A stretch of 64,000 bases of DNA from Patellaria atrata CBS 101060 (Eukaryota): positions 68,623 to 132,622 of the forward strand of contig MU006092.1 in assembly GCA_010093705.1 (NCBI GenBank), read 5' to 3'. Made by a program: the position numbers and the translations under genes. The notes below the pieces were generated by a model that saw only the letters and a list, made by a program, of their open reading frames with translations, was not told the origin of the DNA and did no database searches. Positions 47,654-59,076 of this stretch are shown in pieces. Within the stretch, counting starts at the first letter, position 1. The number at the start of each line of letters is the position of its first letter.

Positions 47654-48224
47654 CTATGATCTTGGCTTCTCCTTCTTTTCCTTCCATAGAGCGGACAGAC
47701 CGACACCGGAAACCTTGACGACCTTGAAACGCACACCGGGAATATCACCCTTAGCCTTGCCTTTACGACCGAAACCGGCGAGGAGGACTTCGTCGTTCTC
47801 GTCTACGAAGTTAAGACAACCGTCGTTGGGAACTGTAGTAACATCTGATGTCAGTTTCCCGTTTAGATAATCAAATCCAAATCCACACTATCCCCAAAAC
47901 TCGTGAATCCCTCCCGTCTCAAACACACAGGATAGAAATATACAGTTCTCAGATTTGAGACGTACCGAAGGCAGTAACTTTCTTTCCGTTCTTGATCAAC
48001 TGTACCCTCACGCACTTCCTGATAGCGGAGTTGGGCTGCTTGGCCTCAACACCGACCTTCTCGAGAACGATTCCTTTGGCATGGGAAGAACCACCGAACG
48101 GCGACGACTTGAATGCGGTTCCGAGGAGGCGCTTCTTGTAGTGGAGATCGGCCCATCGACCTTCACGGCGATGGTTGCGCAACTTGCGGGCGGCGTTGAG
48201 ACCTCTTGGCTTTCCTTTACCCAT
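47654..48224 (-). CDS. RPS23: 40S ribosomal protein uS12 (S23); intron 47833-47965 and a likely 5'UTR intron
   Basis: [51 protein letters not shown]. Confidence 0.98.
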
Positions 48225-48533
48225 GATTGCTGGTGTGCTGTCAGAATAGTGGGTTGATTAAACGGTCGAAGTGAAAGGGAAGAATACCGGTTTTTGTTGA
48301 GGTCGCTGGGAAATGGGTGGATTGGGGTTCGTCGTGGATGTTGTCGAAGTCACGATAGTGGTGTGGTTTGATGGATTTTGCGAGGTGCGGCGAAGAAGGC
48401 GGATTGATTGGCTGCTAAGCGAGTCGGGGATTGTAAGTCATTATCCCCGATCCACTCCAGTAGAGCTTCCCAAAACACGACAAAAGAATAATACAACAAT
48501 AACAAGAACAACAATTCCATATTTTTAGATACA

Positions 48534-49364
48534 ATGTCCTCATCTAAACACCAGTCAAAATCAAGCGTAACCCGCCTTCCCGCCCCCTCCCTCTTCATCG
48601 GTCCCCCCTCCCGCAACGCATCCCACACCTCCCTCAACCCCCCACCAGCCCACACGCAGCACACAACCCCCAACATCCGCGGCCCCCTCGCCCGCCAGCG
48701 CTCTCAACTAGGCCGATCCACCGACCCTCCGACTGAACATTACTCCACCCTCCACAATGACTCCTCGACCGAACCTCTGCAATCCCCAGCCCTCCCGCGG
48801 CGCCCGCACCCCCTCGAAAAGCACTCCACCTCCCGCACCGACGCGATATGGGCGGAAATGCAGAACACGCTGGAGGAAGTAGAGCTGAACGCACTCTCTG
48901 GGACGCACGTCTTTGGATCCGAGCATAGTGCCGCCTTGGACGCTTTACGGGGCGCACAGATCGCGTTGGCGCAAGCGTGGGCGTCGAGCGAGGGGGAGGA
49001 AGCCGAACGGGGCGGCGAGGATGAGGTCAAGGCGGTGGAATCGGCCGCGCCGGGTGTGGTCGGATCTGGTGCCAGTGCTGAGCGATTGGAGGGACAGGGA
49101 AGGGAGAGGAGTGGTACCGGGACAAGTAGGGGCAGTACGAGAAGTAGGCTGGAAGAGGACACGGAAAATGATATTCTGCTGGCGAGGAAGAGGAGGGAGG
49201 CGAATGATCGGTATTTTCATAGGGTTAATGAGGGTGTTTTGGATGTGGTTAGCAAGTTGGAGGATGTAGCGAGGGCGATGAAGGCGGTTGAGGCCGAGAG
49301 TAAGGATATTTGGGGGGATAACGGGTCGAGTATTGCGAGTGGTACGGAGGGGAGCGTCACTTGA
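48534..49364 (+). CDS. Uncharacterised fungal protein (276 aa) with coiled-coil segments
   Basis: Intronless ORF with strong codon structure, divergent from RPS23; ordered blocks DAIWAEMQNTLEEVEL and ARKRREANDRYF. Confidence 0.8.
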   Translation: MSSSKHQSKSSVTRLPAPSLFIGPPSRNASHTSLNPPPAHTQHTTPNIRGPLARQRSQLGRSTDPPTEHYSTLHNDSSTEPLQSPALPRRPHPLEKHSTSRTDAIWAEMQNTLEEVELNALSGTHVFGSEHSAALDALRGAQIALAQAWASSEGEEAERGGEDEVKAVESAAPGVVGSGASAERLEGQGRERSGTGTSRGSTRSRLEEDTENDILLARKRREANDRYFHRVNEGVLDVVSKLEDVARAMKAVEAESKDIWGDNGSSIASGTEGSVT

Positions 49365-49692
49365 TGGGGGGTTCACGCAAAATCGTCCGTGGAATCCGTC
49401 AATCAAAACTCGTAGAACGCCGAGATATACTATACATGGAAGAGGATCAAACCAGAACAAGCCCTAGGATTCTAGATTATAATTATCTGCAAGATCAGAG
49501 CGTAACTTTCGGTATATGCTGAAGTAGACGGACGGCGGGTAGAAGCAAGGCATAGCGGACGTTCTGTGCAGAGGGATAAAAAAAAAAGCTTTGCATTGCC
49601 CAATTTTGTACAAAAAAGACTATCTAAGTAGTCGAATGCTAGCAAGATGCATTGCATGTAAACGCCAGAAACCGTCGGAGAAATGTACACGC

Positions 49693-50587
49693 CTACTTCC
49701 TATACCACATCCGGGTGATCTACGTTAAAGTCAGTATTTTTTTCAGTTATAATGGCAACATAGCCTACCTTTGTATGTCTCATCTTCTTCTGTAACTGGA
49801 AGATGCCATACATTAGTGCTTCTGATGTAGGAGGGCACCCGGGAACATAGATATCAACAGGTACTATCCTGTCGCAGCCTCTAGTGACGGAATAGCTGTA
49901 GTGATAGTAGCCGCCACCGTTTGCACAACTGCCCATGGAGATAACCCATCGTGGTTCTGGCATCTGATCGTATACCTGTCGCAGAGCAGGTGCCATCTTA
50001 TTTGTCAATGTACCCGCCACTATCATAACATCCGATTGTCGCGGTGAGGCACGAAAGATTATACCGAGTCTGTCCTGGTCGTAGCGAGGAGTGGAAAGAT
50101 GCATCATTTCGATGGCACAACAAGCTAGACCGAATGTCATGGGCCAGAGCGAGCCTTGCCGTGCCCAGTTGGCGATTTGATCGAGAGTTGTTCTGGATAT
50201 ATCTATTAGCACCATGCCAGAAACCTTTCACGTCTTTCAATTTCGAATCTCCACCGAGTGCCTGCGGTTCACATACAATGCATATTGCATAACGCCCTTC
50301 TTGCCCTCCTGGCTCGGTAAAACGACTTCTCTTCGCTCCTTTCCCGTTACACTCTTCATCGGAGGTGGCGTTCCCGGCCCATCAGATACGAGTCCCGGTC
50401 TTTGCATCGTCGATGCCGGCTTTGAGGAGGATGTCGAGATAAAAGCTGCAGGAGCAGCGCGAATAGGTACGAGCGCGGTAATTGGTTTCGCTGTATAAAA
50501 TGTTAGCTTTGACAAATGCGGTCGAATGAACAAACAATGCGCACCTCGGAGCGCCATTGAAGCGCCTGAGCGCACGGATGAGTACAT
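49693..50587 (-). CDS. NDUFS7: NADH:ubiquinone oxidoreductase PSST (20 kDa) subunit; 4 exons
   Basis: [34 protein letters not shown] and PGCPPT; last exon ITRMWYRK. Confidence 0.97.
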
Positions 50588-50933
50588 CGTCAACCCTCAA
50601 TCAACAAGCGAAGAGATAAAGAAAGAAGTTGTAAAAAGAAGAAGAGGTTAGAGGAAAGAATTGTGGGGTATTTGCGGGTGGCGGAGTGAAAGGTTCGATG
50701 AGATTGTCGTGATGTCGACAGGATAGCTCCAAGTCGCTTACGCTCAGACTTCAGAGCAGTTCTGATTGGCCAGAATCACCACCCCTTAACAAACCGGACG
50801 AAGGTTTTAGAGCTATTAAGGTACATCGACACCATTGATCATTGCAACTCTACGGGTAGGGTATTAAAGCGAGGAGAGATAGGATATTGTGATATCATCT
50901 TTGTGAGCTTGAAATAGAATTGAGGTTGTCCCA

Positions 50934-51622
50934 ATGACTACCAAAACATCATCTATAGCCTGCATAGGCATTATAGGGAAACATGTATATTATCCCTTCA
51001 AACGTGACTCTGAAGTCTATACAGCTCACAGTCATATAGAATAACCCTCTTCACATCTCCCTCTTTCCAGCTACCGGCCCTTCAGCTCGCGATGCACTCT
51101 CCTTTTCGTTTCTACTCTCCACATCTCTGGACATATTCGAAGCCCGGCTCCCGCATAAGACCGTAGACCAGGACTTCGGCCTCCTCCAAGCAGTCGATGA
51201 AAGACTAGCAATGTACGGATGGTTAACGAATACGGGAGTGAAATTTGTCATTGTGGTTGATATGGAAGGTAGGGATGTAGAGAGGACAGCAGCTATAGCG
51301 GCAGCGAGTGCTGGTGGCTTGAGAGAAGCGGACTTGAAACCTGTGAGTACTCCTTCTTTCAGTTCCCTGCCCTTAAATATACTATGAGGTCATGTTCATG
51401 TGATATCAAGTCCTTTCATTAATGTTTTTGTAGGCCTTCAGAGCATTGCAGTCAGCATATATTGGTCTACTACGAAATCCATTCTACGATCCAGATCAGC
51501 ATTCCCCCTTGATCGCGAATGCCGAACATCGAGTTGGGTCAACCCAGATTACAAGTCGAGCGTTTATCAAGGAAGTACAGAGGATTGGGGAGAATTGGAT
51601 TCCTGGATCTTCGGATCTATGA
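50934..51622 (+). CDS. TRAPPC2L: TRAPP complex sedlin-family subunit (TRAPPC2L/Tca17-like); 3 exons, not in the ORF track
   Basis: Spliced MTTKTSSIACIGIIGKH|NNPLHISLF..DFGLLQAVDERLAMYGWLTNTGVKFVIVV..LKP|AFRALQSAYIGLLRNPFY. Confidence 0.88.
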
Positions 51623-51689
51623 GCTACTGCTAACCAACACGAGATACCCAGAAAGCTATGCTAGACACATCTAACGGAATTGGTATATC

Positions 51690-54001
51690 CTAACCTTCCT
51701 TCTTCATAAACTCTTCTCCCGAGTATCTTTCGCGTTTCCGCTCATTGAGGCCGTCTACACCTTTACCCCAACTTCCGGCTTTCTTACCCCATTGTGCCAT
51801 ACCCCACGCATGTACCCAGCCGAACTTAGGCGTCCGCTCTGAACTCGTTCGAAATGGACTAGCTCCATCTTTGAAAAGCGTATCTTTGTCCTTTTCACTG
51901 AGATCTTGGCTCTCACCAAGACCCTCGGACCCAATGCGTCTGCTGTCAGAGATTAAAGTATCTGTCCCCTGTTGAACACTGGAGGCATCGATAGGTCTTT
52001 CCCACCTTCTGATCTCCTTCGGAATAGGCCTCCACCAATCTCCCTCTCGGTCCCACCATTTCGTACCACACATTTCCCATAACCGACTTGCAGCGCGCTT
52101 ATATGCGAACTTTTCATCCTCACCAGTGAAAGCGGCGGTCTGTGCAAAGTTTGGAGATCTTGGATCAACCTTGCGCTCACTATGCCCGTCATCCTGGAAG
52201 GAGAAATTATCACTATTCCGGCGAACCCGATTTGGTGGGTCGTCCTCTATAGCATCGTCGGACAGGATTCCCTTTAGTCGAGCATGTGTATAATCGGGTT
52301 CTGAGGAATAATCTGCGCTGTAAGACGAAATATTAGGTCTGAACGGACTTGTGAGGTCTTGATGGATTTCGGAAAACGTCTCTGGGTGGACTGCATCCAC
52401 ACTATCAGCTGGCTCCCCCTTATCAGTTAATTCTATCGGAATAGAAGCCTTCGTTTCAGGAAAGAAGATGCCATCAGGATCAGCAGCAGCAGTAACCATC
52501 AACTTGCATCGTGCTTCGTACAGCGCATCGAGAAGCGTAATAAAACGGCGAGCTTCATTCTTTTGCAATACGGTCAGAAGAGGTACCGAGAGTAAGATGA
52601 GTGTGTGATAGGTGGATGCGAGAGTGATCATGTCTGCTGGGCCTAGACGACTGCCGCAGAGCTCCGAGAATGTCCAGCATGTCACTCCAGAGTTCTGACG
52701 CGGAACAATAACCTCACGGCCGTACACCCGCATAGAGCCACTGGCCCAACCGGAAGAGTCTAGCGGGCCCTCAACGTCAGTTCGAGGCACAGCTGCATTG
52801 TAGAGCCTAGTCCAATATCCCAGATTCACTTGCTCAGTATCTGGGGTAAGATGGTATTGTTGAGGAAGTCTGCCTCGGCTCCCCAAGTCGGGAATTCCAT
52901 CTCCATCTGATGCTGCAGACTTCGTATCGTCGAGTACAGGGTTAGTCGGAAACATGTTCTGGGTAGAGTCATTGAGATGTAAACCCATAGATATATGTTT
53001 GGCATCCCCCTCATGTCTTCTATAATCCTTAGCACCCTCCATTTGCCAAACATCACATCTAGCTCGTAAGACTTCAAGAAAAGCAGCGAACTCCCCCTGG
53101 CCAGCAAACATATTGCCGCTTCTCCTCCCCATCGGTGCCCGCATCCCCAGCTTCCATTTGATAGAGTGAAGTCTTGAGGGTGGGTGAGAAAACTCGACAC
53201 CAGCAGCATTGGCTAGATCTTCGGGCATACGGTTGCTCGTGGCAATCAGTACACCGCCGAGGTGGAAGAAGCTGGTCAAAAGATTCGACATGATCTTCGA
53301 GGTCGCTCTATCGGGCAGCTGAAATTCATCTAAGAATAAGATCGGCGATTCTTGTATCACTTTGCTGGCAACCCAGACCAATGAATGGTCATCTGACTGT
53401 CCATAAGTTGAAGAAAATTCGCCTAATCGATTATGCCTCAACTGTTCAAGCTGCGCAATGATTTCCAGCATGAACGTGTTAAAGTGCCATCGCCGCTTCT
53501 TGCGGTTCGGCAGACAGTCTGCGAACAGGTCTACCAGCATGCTCTTACCAGTTCCAACCTCCCCATGGAGCAGGAGTCCTTTCGGACTGTCCAGATTTTG
53601 CGCGGCTTCGTGGCTGGTCAGAACTCTAGTCAATGCTAGACTATCAATGCTTTCTTTTTGCGATAGGAGGGATGACCATATTCCACCCCCGCTAAAGCCT
53701 CTATCTTGGACATTTGGGGATGCTTCAGGAGTTCCGAGCGTACGTGAAATCTGACGGAGACGTTCACTGTATTGTACAGTAGGAGAGTAGTCCTTTAGTC
53801 TCTCGTACAGTTTCTGCAGGTGTAAAGCTGCAACACATTGGCCCTATGAGAATTGTACCGCTGAAGAAAGAATACAGAAGTCTATGACGTACCTAGTCGA
53901 TATTGCCCCGGATCTTGACGCACTTTATTTGTTGCAAGCAATGCTCTATAGAGTACCAGTGGGTTGGTGATTGCAAGTTCTCTCGAAGTCTTAGGTGGCA
54001 T
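51690..54001 (-). CDS. AFG1/LACE1 (ZapE)-like mitochondrial AAA+ ATPase; 2 exons
   Basis: Walker A GEVGTGKS, Walker B LFLDEFQ, HFNTFM, ATSNRMP and NEARRFITLLDALYE. Exon 1 reads MPPKTSRELAITNPLVLYR. Confidence 0.92.
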
Positions 54002-54379
54002 CTGAGAAAATCTTCTCCGAGCTGCGTTCGCAAAGTTGAGAAGTTATAGAGTGGTAAGTTAGTGACCGGAGGACTCGCCTCGGCTTCCCTAGCATTTCAT
54101 CTTTGTCGCTACATATGACGCTAGTCCTCATCTGGTACTCGTATACTTCTCCGCTCCTAAAGATGATTTTCAGGGTGAACTTTTTGTCAGTCAGAAAACT
54201 CCTATTTAAGGGATTTGCGAGTTTTTAGAGACAGTTGCAGTGTCTTGAGTGCCTTTAGAAAGGTCGTCTTAGAATAATGCCCTCTGAGCCTTGGAACATA
54301 GTCCTGGGTTAGCTCCGCGATATTTGCATGAATGTTACACTTCTTATATTCACTACCTCGTTCCTGTCGTGGCATCCAT

Positions 54380-54700
54380 GAGCTCAGAAGGCAGAGTGTG
54401 TCATTGTGTGGTTAGGCCAGGCGACAGAGAGGAGCGATAACTCGATTGGTGTACTTCTCTCCTTCACACAAATCGAAAGATGTTTTCGAATCTAGCACCC
54501 TCTTCCCGGTTTTCGAGAATCCAGCCACCTTCTCCCACCCATGGACTGATCTCCTTGATCGAGAATGGTGGAAGAGGATCTGTGTATTGCAAGGGGTGGC
54601 TCACGCACGATCTATAATTTTGATGCGTGGTTCAAAACGGTTAACTGGTCATCAATTCTCAAGGATGGTGCGCTTCCTGATGAGAATATTAAGTCGTCGT
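54380..54700 (+). pseudogene. Degenerate HET (heterokaryon incompatibility, PF06985-type) domain remnant
   Basis: AQKAECVIVWLGQATERSD followed by LLDREWWKRICVLQGVAHA, versus the canonical A..VIVWLG and W..R.W..QE. There is no intact N-terminus and upstream stops are present. Confidence 0.65.
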
Positions 54701-55396
54701 TATATTACATTTGTTTTTTGTTTGTCATTTCGTACTTTCCTAATAAGTCACCTCTTCGTTTAATATGTGACTCGAAGTCATTGTACTAATGACTTCCGTG
54801 ATGACCATTCAGGGGCGAGATATGTCGCTGGGACGGGTCGATGGCATATGAGACTGTATATGAAACGTTTAGACTGTGGTCCCAAACTGGACGGTAAACG
54901 GTTTTGGAGGAGTACGTCAAGTTGTTACCGCGTCGGAAAAAACATATCGTTTTTGAGTAATGAGCCTTCAATACCTTACATAACAGCTGTGCGTAAAGGC
55001 TGGATTAAGTAAGCTTGATATCCAATATCAGTCAACGATTATCTTAGTAGAGTCGGATAGATACGGTACACAGTCGTTTTAACTTTCTTTATCTCATTGG
55101 AATGTTGACTCCAGTCGTCATCATGAGCAGTCTGCCTCACGCTTCTAGACAGAAACTAGGGGTTCCACTAATACACATGTAGAAATCAAAGATCTGCCCA
55201 CCATTCCAACCATTGCATGGATGGACGAACATACCATATTTCATCCGTAAGATTCGTGATCATCAGTAATGAAAGGCCACCAACAAGTCACAAAATAACG
55301 CCGACAGGGGTCCCACAACTCGAGCCAGCGATTGTCCCCGGTTCCTTCCATAAGATGAGAACAAATATACAGACGTTGTTGCGTGTAGAAAGCTAC

Positions 55397-56141
55397 TTAG
55401 GCCTTCTTGACAGCTTCTTCCTCTTCAACGCTGGTGTTGCTGCTATTCGTCGATTCCTTCTCCGAATCATCGATAGTGGCACCATGCAGTTCTTCCTCGA
55501 AGACAGGTTCTGGATCAATAGTCTCGAACTTAGTCTTGAAGTCTTTTGGACCGGCTGTTGAGCTATTGGAGCGACGACGTGGGTTCGTCATATTATACGC
55601 ATAGTCTTGGATCTCGTCACCGTCGCGGCCCCTACGTAAAGGTAGAGGTTAGTCAGGGAGCAATGAATAGATGAAGTATCGGATATAATCTACCAATTGC
55701 CTTTACCGCTGCCGTCCTTCTTTGTCTTCTTCGGGTCTTGGTCGACATGACCATGCTTGGCGAAATAGCGAGGAAGATGCTGTTCTGGTTCAGCGGTTCC
55801 GTCAACGAGTCCAGCGTGATCACGATCGTTGGCTTTGTGTGAACGAGTCACTTTGATCTTATGTTAGTGATGTGCTTTACCGCATATAAGGTAGTTCTCT
55901 GGTCAAATGTGGCGGGGCATGAAATGCATGAGGTGCTGGAAGATGGGGGAATTGGCGGGTAATGCATGGTAGTAGCCGGATCAGTACGGAATAGTAGAAA
56001 TCGAGATGAAGGGTAATTGTCCAGGACTTTCAGGATGGATGTGAATTACGTCGAAGTGAGAAATCAAAAGGAAAGACGTGGGGAGCTAGGAAGGGCAATT
56101 GCATCGGAAGATCAAAGGAGGGGTATGTGAGTGTACTTACT
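55397..56141 (-). CDS. Stf2-like small hydrophilic protein; exons 56141 (the A of ATG), 55850-55694 and 55631-55397
   Basis: MTRSHKANDRDH..PRYFAKHG..DPKKTKKDGSGKGNW|GRDGDE..RRRSNS matches the STF2/TMA10-type motif. The start codon is assembled across an intron. Confidence 0.85.
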
Positions 56142-57372
56142 TGTTGTCTTAGGGGGAGTTGCAAGCTAAGTGGATGAAATTGGGAGGTATCTGGAAAAAC
56201 GTCGAGTGCAAAGTTGTTGTAGCCAAGGTGACGATGAGTAGAGGAATGAGAAGATTTTAAGTTGGAGCTCTGGGAGGTTTAATGGATGATGAGATTGGGG
56301 TTCCCCTCGCGTGACCACCATACTCGGCGAGCTTGGACCGGTGGCTTTGTAGTCACGTTGCAGATCAATCTATCTTGCCTACCTAACCAGTTGCTTGTTT
56401 ACGTTCGGTACCTTGCAGCTTTCATCCTGATGGAATCTTCGAGATATTCAGGTCAACATGTTTCGATGGTATTATTGGGGCTGGTGGCTCTAATTAACAA
56501 GCTCAGATATTCAGTAGTCGAAAGAGGTTAAGTGATTCATGTACCTATGGCTACCCCTCAAGGACATACTCTTAATCCCACAAGATCTAGAGTACTATAC
56601 TTTGTATCAGCACACGGACAGAAGTCTTAACCACCCGATTTTGTGTCTCATTATTTGGGCGCGCGAAGTTTGGCGGAGTCCGCAAGTTTCGGGAAAAGTT
56701 CCATAAGCAATGGCCAACTTATGTACTTGTGGCTTCATGATTCGGATTCTGGTTCTAGTGAATTCATTCTTCGATAGTAAGAGAGAGGGGAGTAAAACCC
56801 AAGCATACTTGCACTGCACTCAATACGGAGTACTGCAAGAAGCGGTCGAAGCAGCCAGCTCAGTTAAAGGCTGTTATAACTTAGTCCTTCCAGGAACCGC
56901 TAACCCAAGAGCTTTCCCCGTACCCCGGATTCTAGCCTTTGCAGATGGAATCCCGCTTACCTATTTCAAGTTAGATGCAGGATTCGTCCCGTTCGGATGC
57001 CTACCTTACTTGTAGTAGGCTGGGCTGTCAGTGAACGCACGGACTATGTACCGGTAAGGTACTGCCGTTATGTACCGCTTACGGAATGGCTTTTATCACG
57101 TGAGCTTCATGTAGACAGTGCCGAGTGAATAATATACCGGACTTGTTCCGCCAATCATAGACTGTTATAGGTAAAAGTGGGATTCTGTCAGCGTTCATGT
57201 TATCAGTAACTTTCTCCGAGGCAAGCACTAACTACTGCGGAAAGTCTAATTTTTTGCTTTCAAATCCACTTCTCTCCTACGGAAGCCCCAAATAATAGCG
57301 TATGATTCTCTGTATTCACTTCTGGGTCGACAATACAATTGTTCCTTACCAGTTCTCCAACTCTGTGCAGTA

Positions 57373-58445
57373 ATGTCGCCCTCCATTACTTTGGACCTTG
57401 AGTCCGACTTCAACCCCTCTACCGCCGCTCCACACTCCCTACTGAAAACAAGCCAGCGCACACTCCTTCTCGCTCCGCCCTCGATATCTGCTCATCCCGA
57501 AGCGCTAGACCGTATATTTGAAGCTCATGATCGGAGTGTCACAGACATTCAGATGCTCGACCGCCTTGCCCTAGGATTAGCTGCCTTGCCCTCGGAGACG
57601 TACGATCTCATTCTCCTGCTGACAGATGCGGATGGGTCTCGTCTAGAGAGCCAAAAACTACTTGGGAGAGAGCTGATCGGTAAGCTGGTACAGTCATTGA
57701 AGGCTGGTGGCAAGTTCCGAAGTCAGGATGGACAATATGGTCTCAATAACGACGAAAGAACAGAAGCAATACTAGCAGGTTTAGTTCAAGAAGAGAGTAA
57801 TTTCAGCAAACCGAACGATTCAGAGAGTCACTCCGTTCCACTGCGTCTCGGAAGAAAAGCCAATGCTGCTGCCAATACAACGACAAATGGAGCGGTCACG
57901 CTAGCCTCGAATGGGAAGCGGAAGAGTTTCGATGCACAACCTGTCAAGCCCGCAGGCGTAGGTTTCGTTGACTTTAGCGACGACTTTGGTGTCCCATTGG
58001 TGACTGGTGAGGATGATGAGTTAATCGATGAGGATGATCTACTTACCGAAGAGGATCTTACGCGACCAATAATCCAACGTGAGTGTTGAAATCAATAGTT
58101 TTCCTCTGGAACCGAGCTGATGGCTGATGTGTTGCAGCTGCAGAATGCAGACCCAAAGCAGGCAAGAGACGCCGGGCATGTAAGGATTGCACGTGTGGGC
58201 TGAAAGAGAAGATCGAAGCGGAGGATAGTGCGAAACGAACTGCTGCTGACAACGCGCTCAATACCATGAAACTCGGTGTGGATGATTTGACGGAGGTCGA
58301 CTTTACTGTTCAAGGTAAAGTTGGCAGTTGTGGTAACTGCGCGTTGGGAGATGCGTTTCGATGTGACGGCTGCCCGTATATTGGACTCCCTGCGTTCAAA
58401 CCGGGGGAAGAAGTGAGGTTACTTAATAACGATATCCAGTTATAA
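57373..58445 (+). CDS. DRE2: Fe-S cluster assembly protein Dre2 (anamorsin); intron at about 58079-58137
   Basis: N-terminal SAM-like domain, [23 protein letters not shown] and twin CX2C ([17 protein letters not shown]). Confidence 0.96.
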
Positions 58446-59076
58446 TATTTACACAAAATTCAGTGGTGGGTGGATCGCGGGAATCCTCTTTGGGTGGTTC
58501 ATCTAACATGGGACCTGCTACCTTTTCTGGGATTCGTTTCATAAGGGGCGGAGTAGACAAACCACCTCCAGCGTGTTTGCTAAGAGATGTATGTATTTGA
58601 CTCAAAACCACTGGTGTCAAAGAGTAACTGCGGTCCTAGCTGGATCACTTTCTGTAGATAGCGATTTAATCCGAGAATAAACGCCATAATGTTACTGTTC
58701 GTGCAGACATCAAGCTTGCACTTTGAAATAGAGCTGTCGAGTGACCTGTAAATGATACATTAGAGGCACATGATCAACACAAATTCATCTGCAGAATGAG
58801 CATTGACATGTTAAAGCTTATAGATGTTTTATGCCTTTGATCAGTCCGGGTGAGCCGTTAATAGAAAGGTGTGGTGGATTTAATATGTCTTGGCACGATC
58901 TTACCTTAAAAGTTACAACTCACTTGGTCCTTGCGCGCTTTTGCGAGCTTTCTCGAGTTGAACCTAAGTCAACAACAAAAGGCTCCTCACCAACGATAGC
59001 GGGAAGCTGACCTCACTTCATCCTCTCCTTCCTTTCTTCGGACTTTGCGTCTTTCATTTCCATTTACTGCGTTATC

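Noticed and set aside
57096..57170. TCACGTGA and CCAAT upstream of DRE2 (and CCAAT at 50765 upstream of NDUFS7) as HapX iron-regulation sites
   Set aside because: Neither CCAAT has the RWT at the N12 spacing of the bipartite HapX motif, and single short motifs are too common to call.
58640..58660. GGATCACTTTCTGTAG resembling U3 snoRNA box A
   Set aside because: Imperfect match with no recognisable boxes B, C or D; it lies in the DRE2 3' region.
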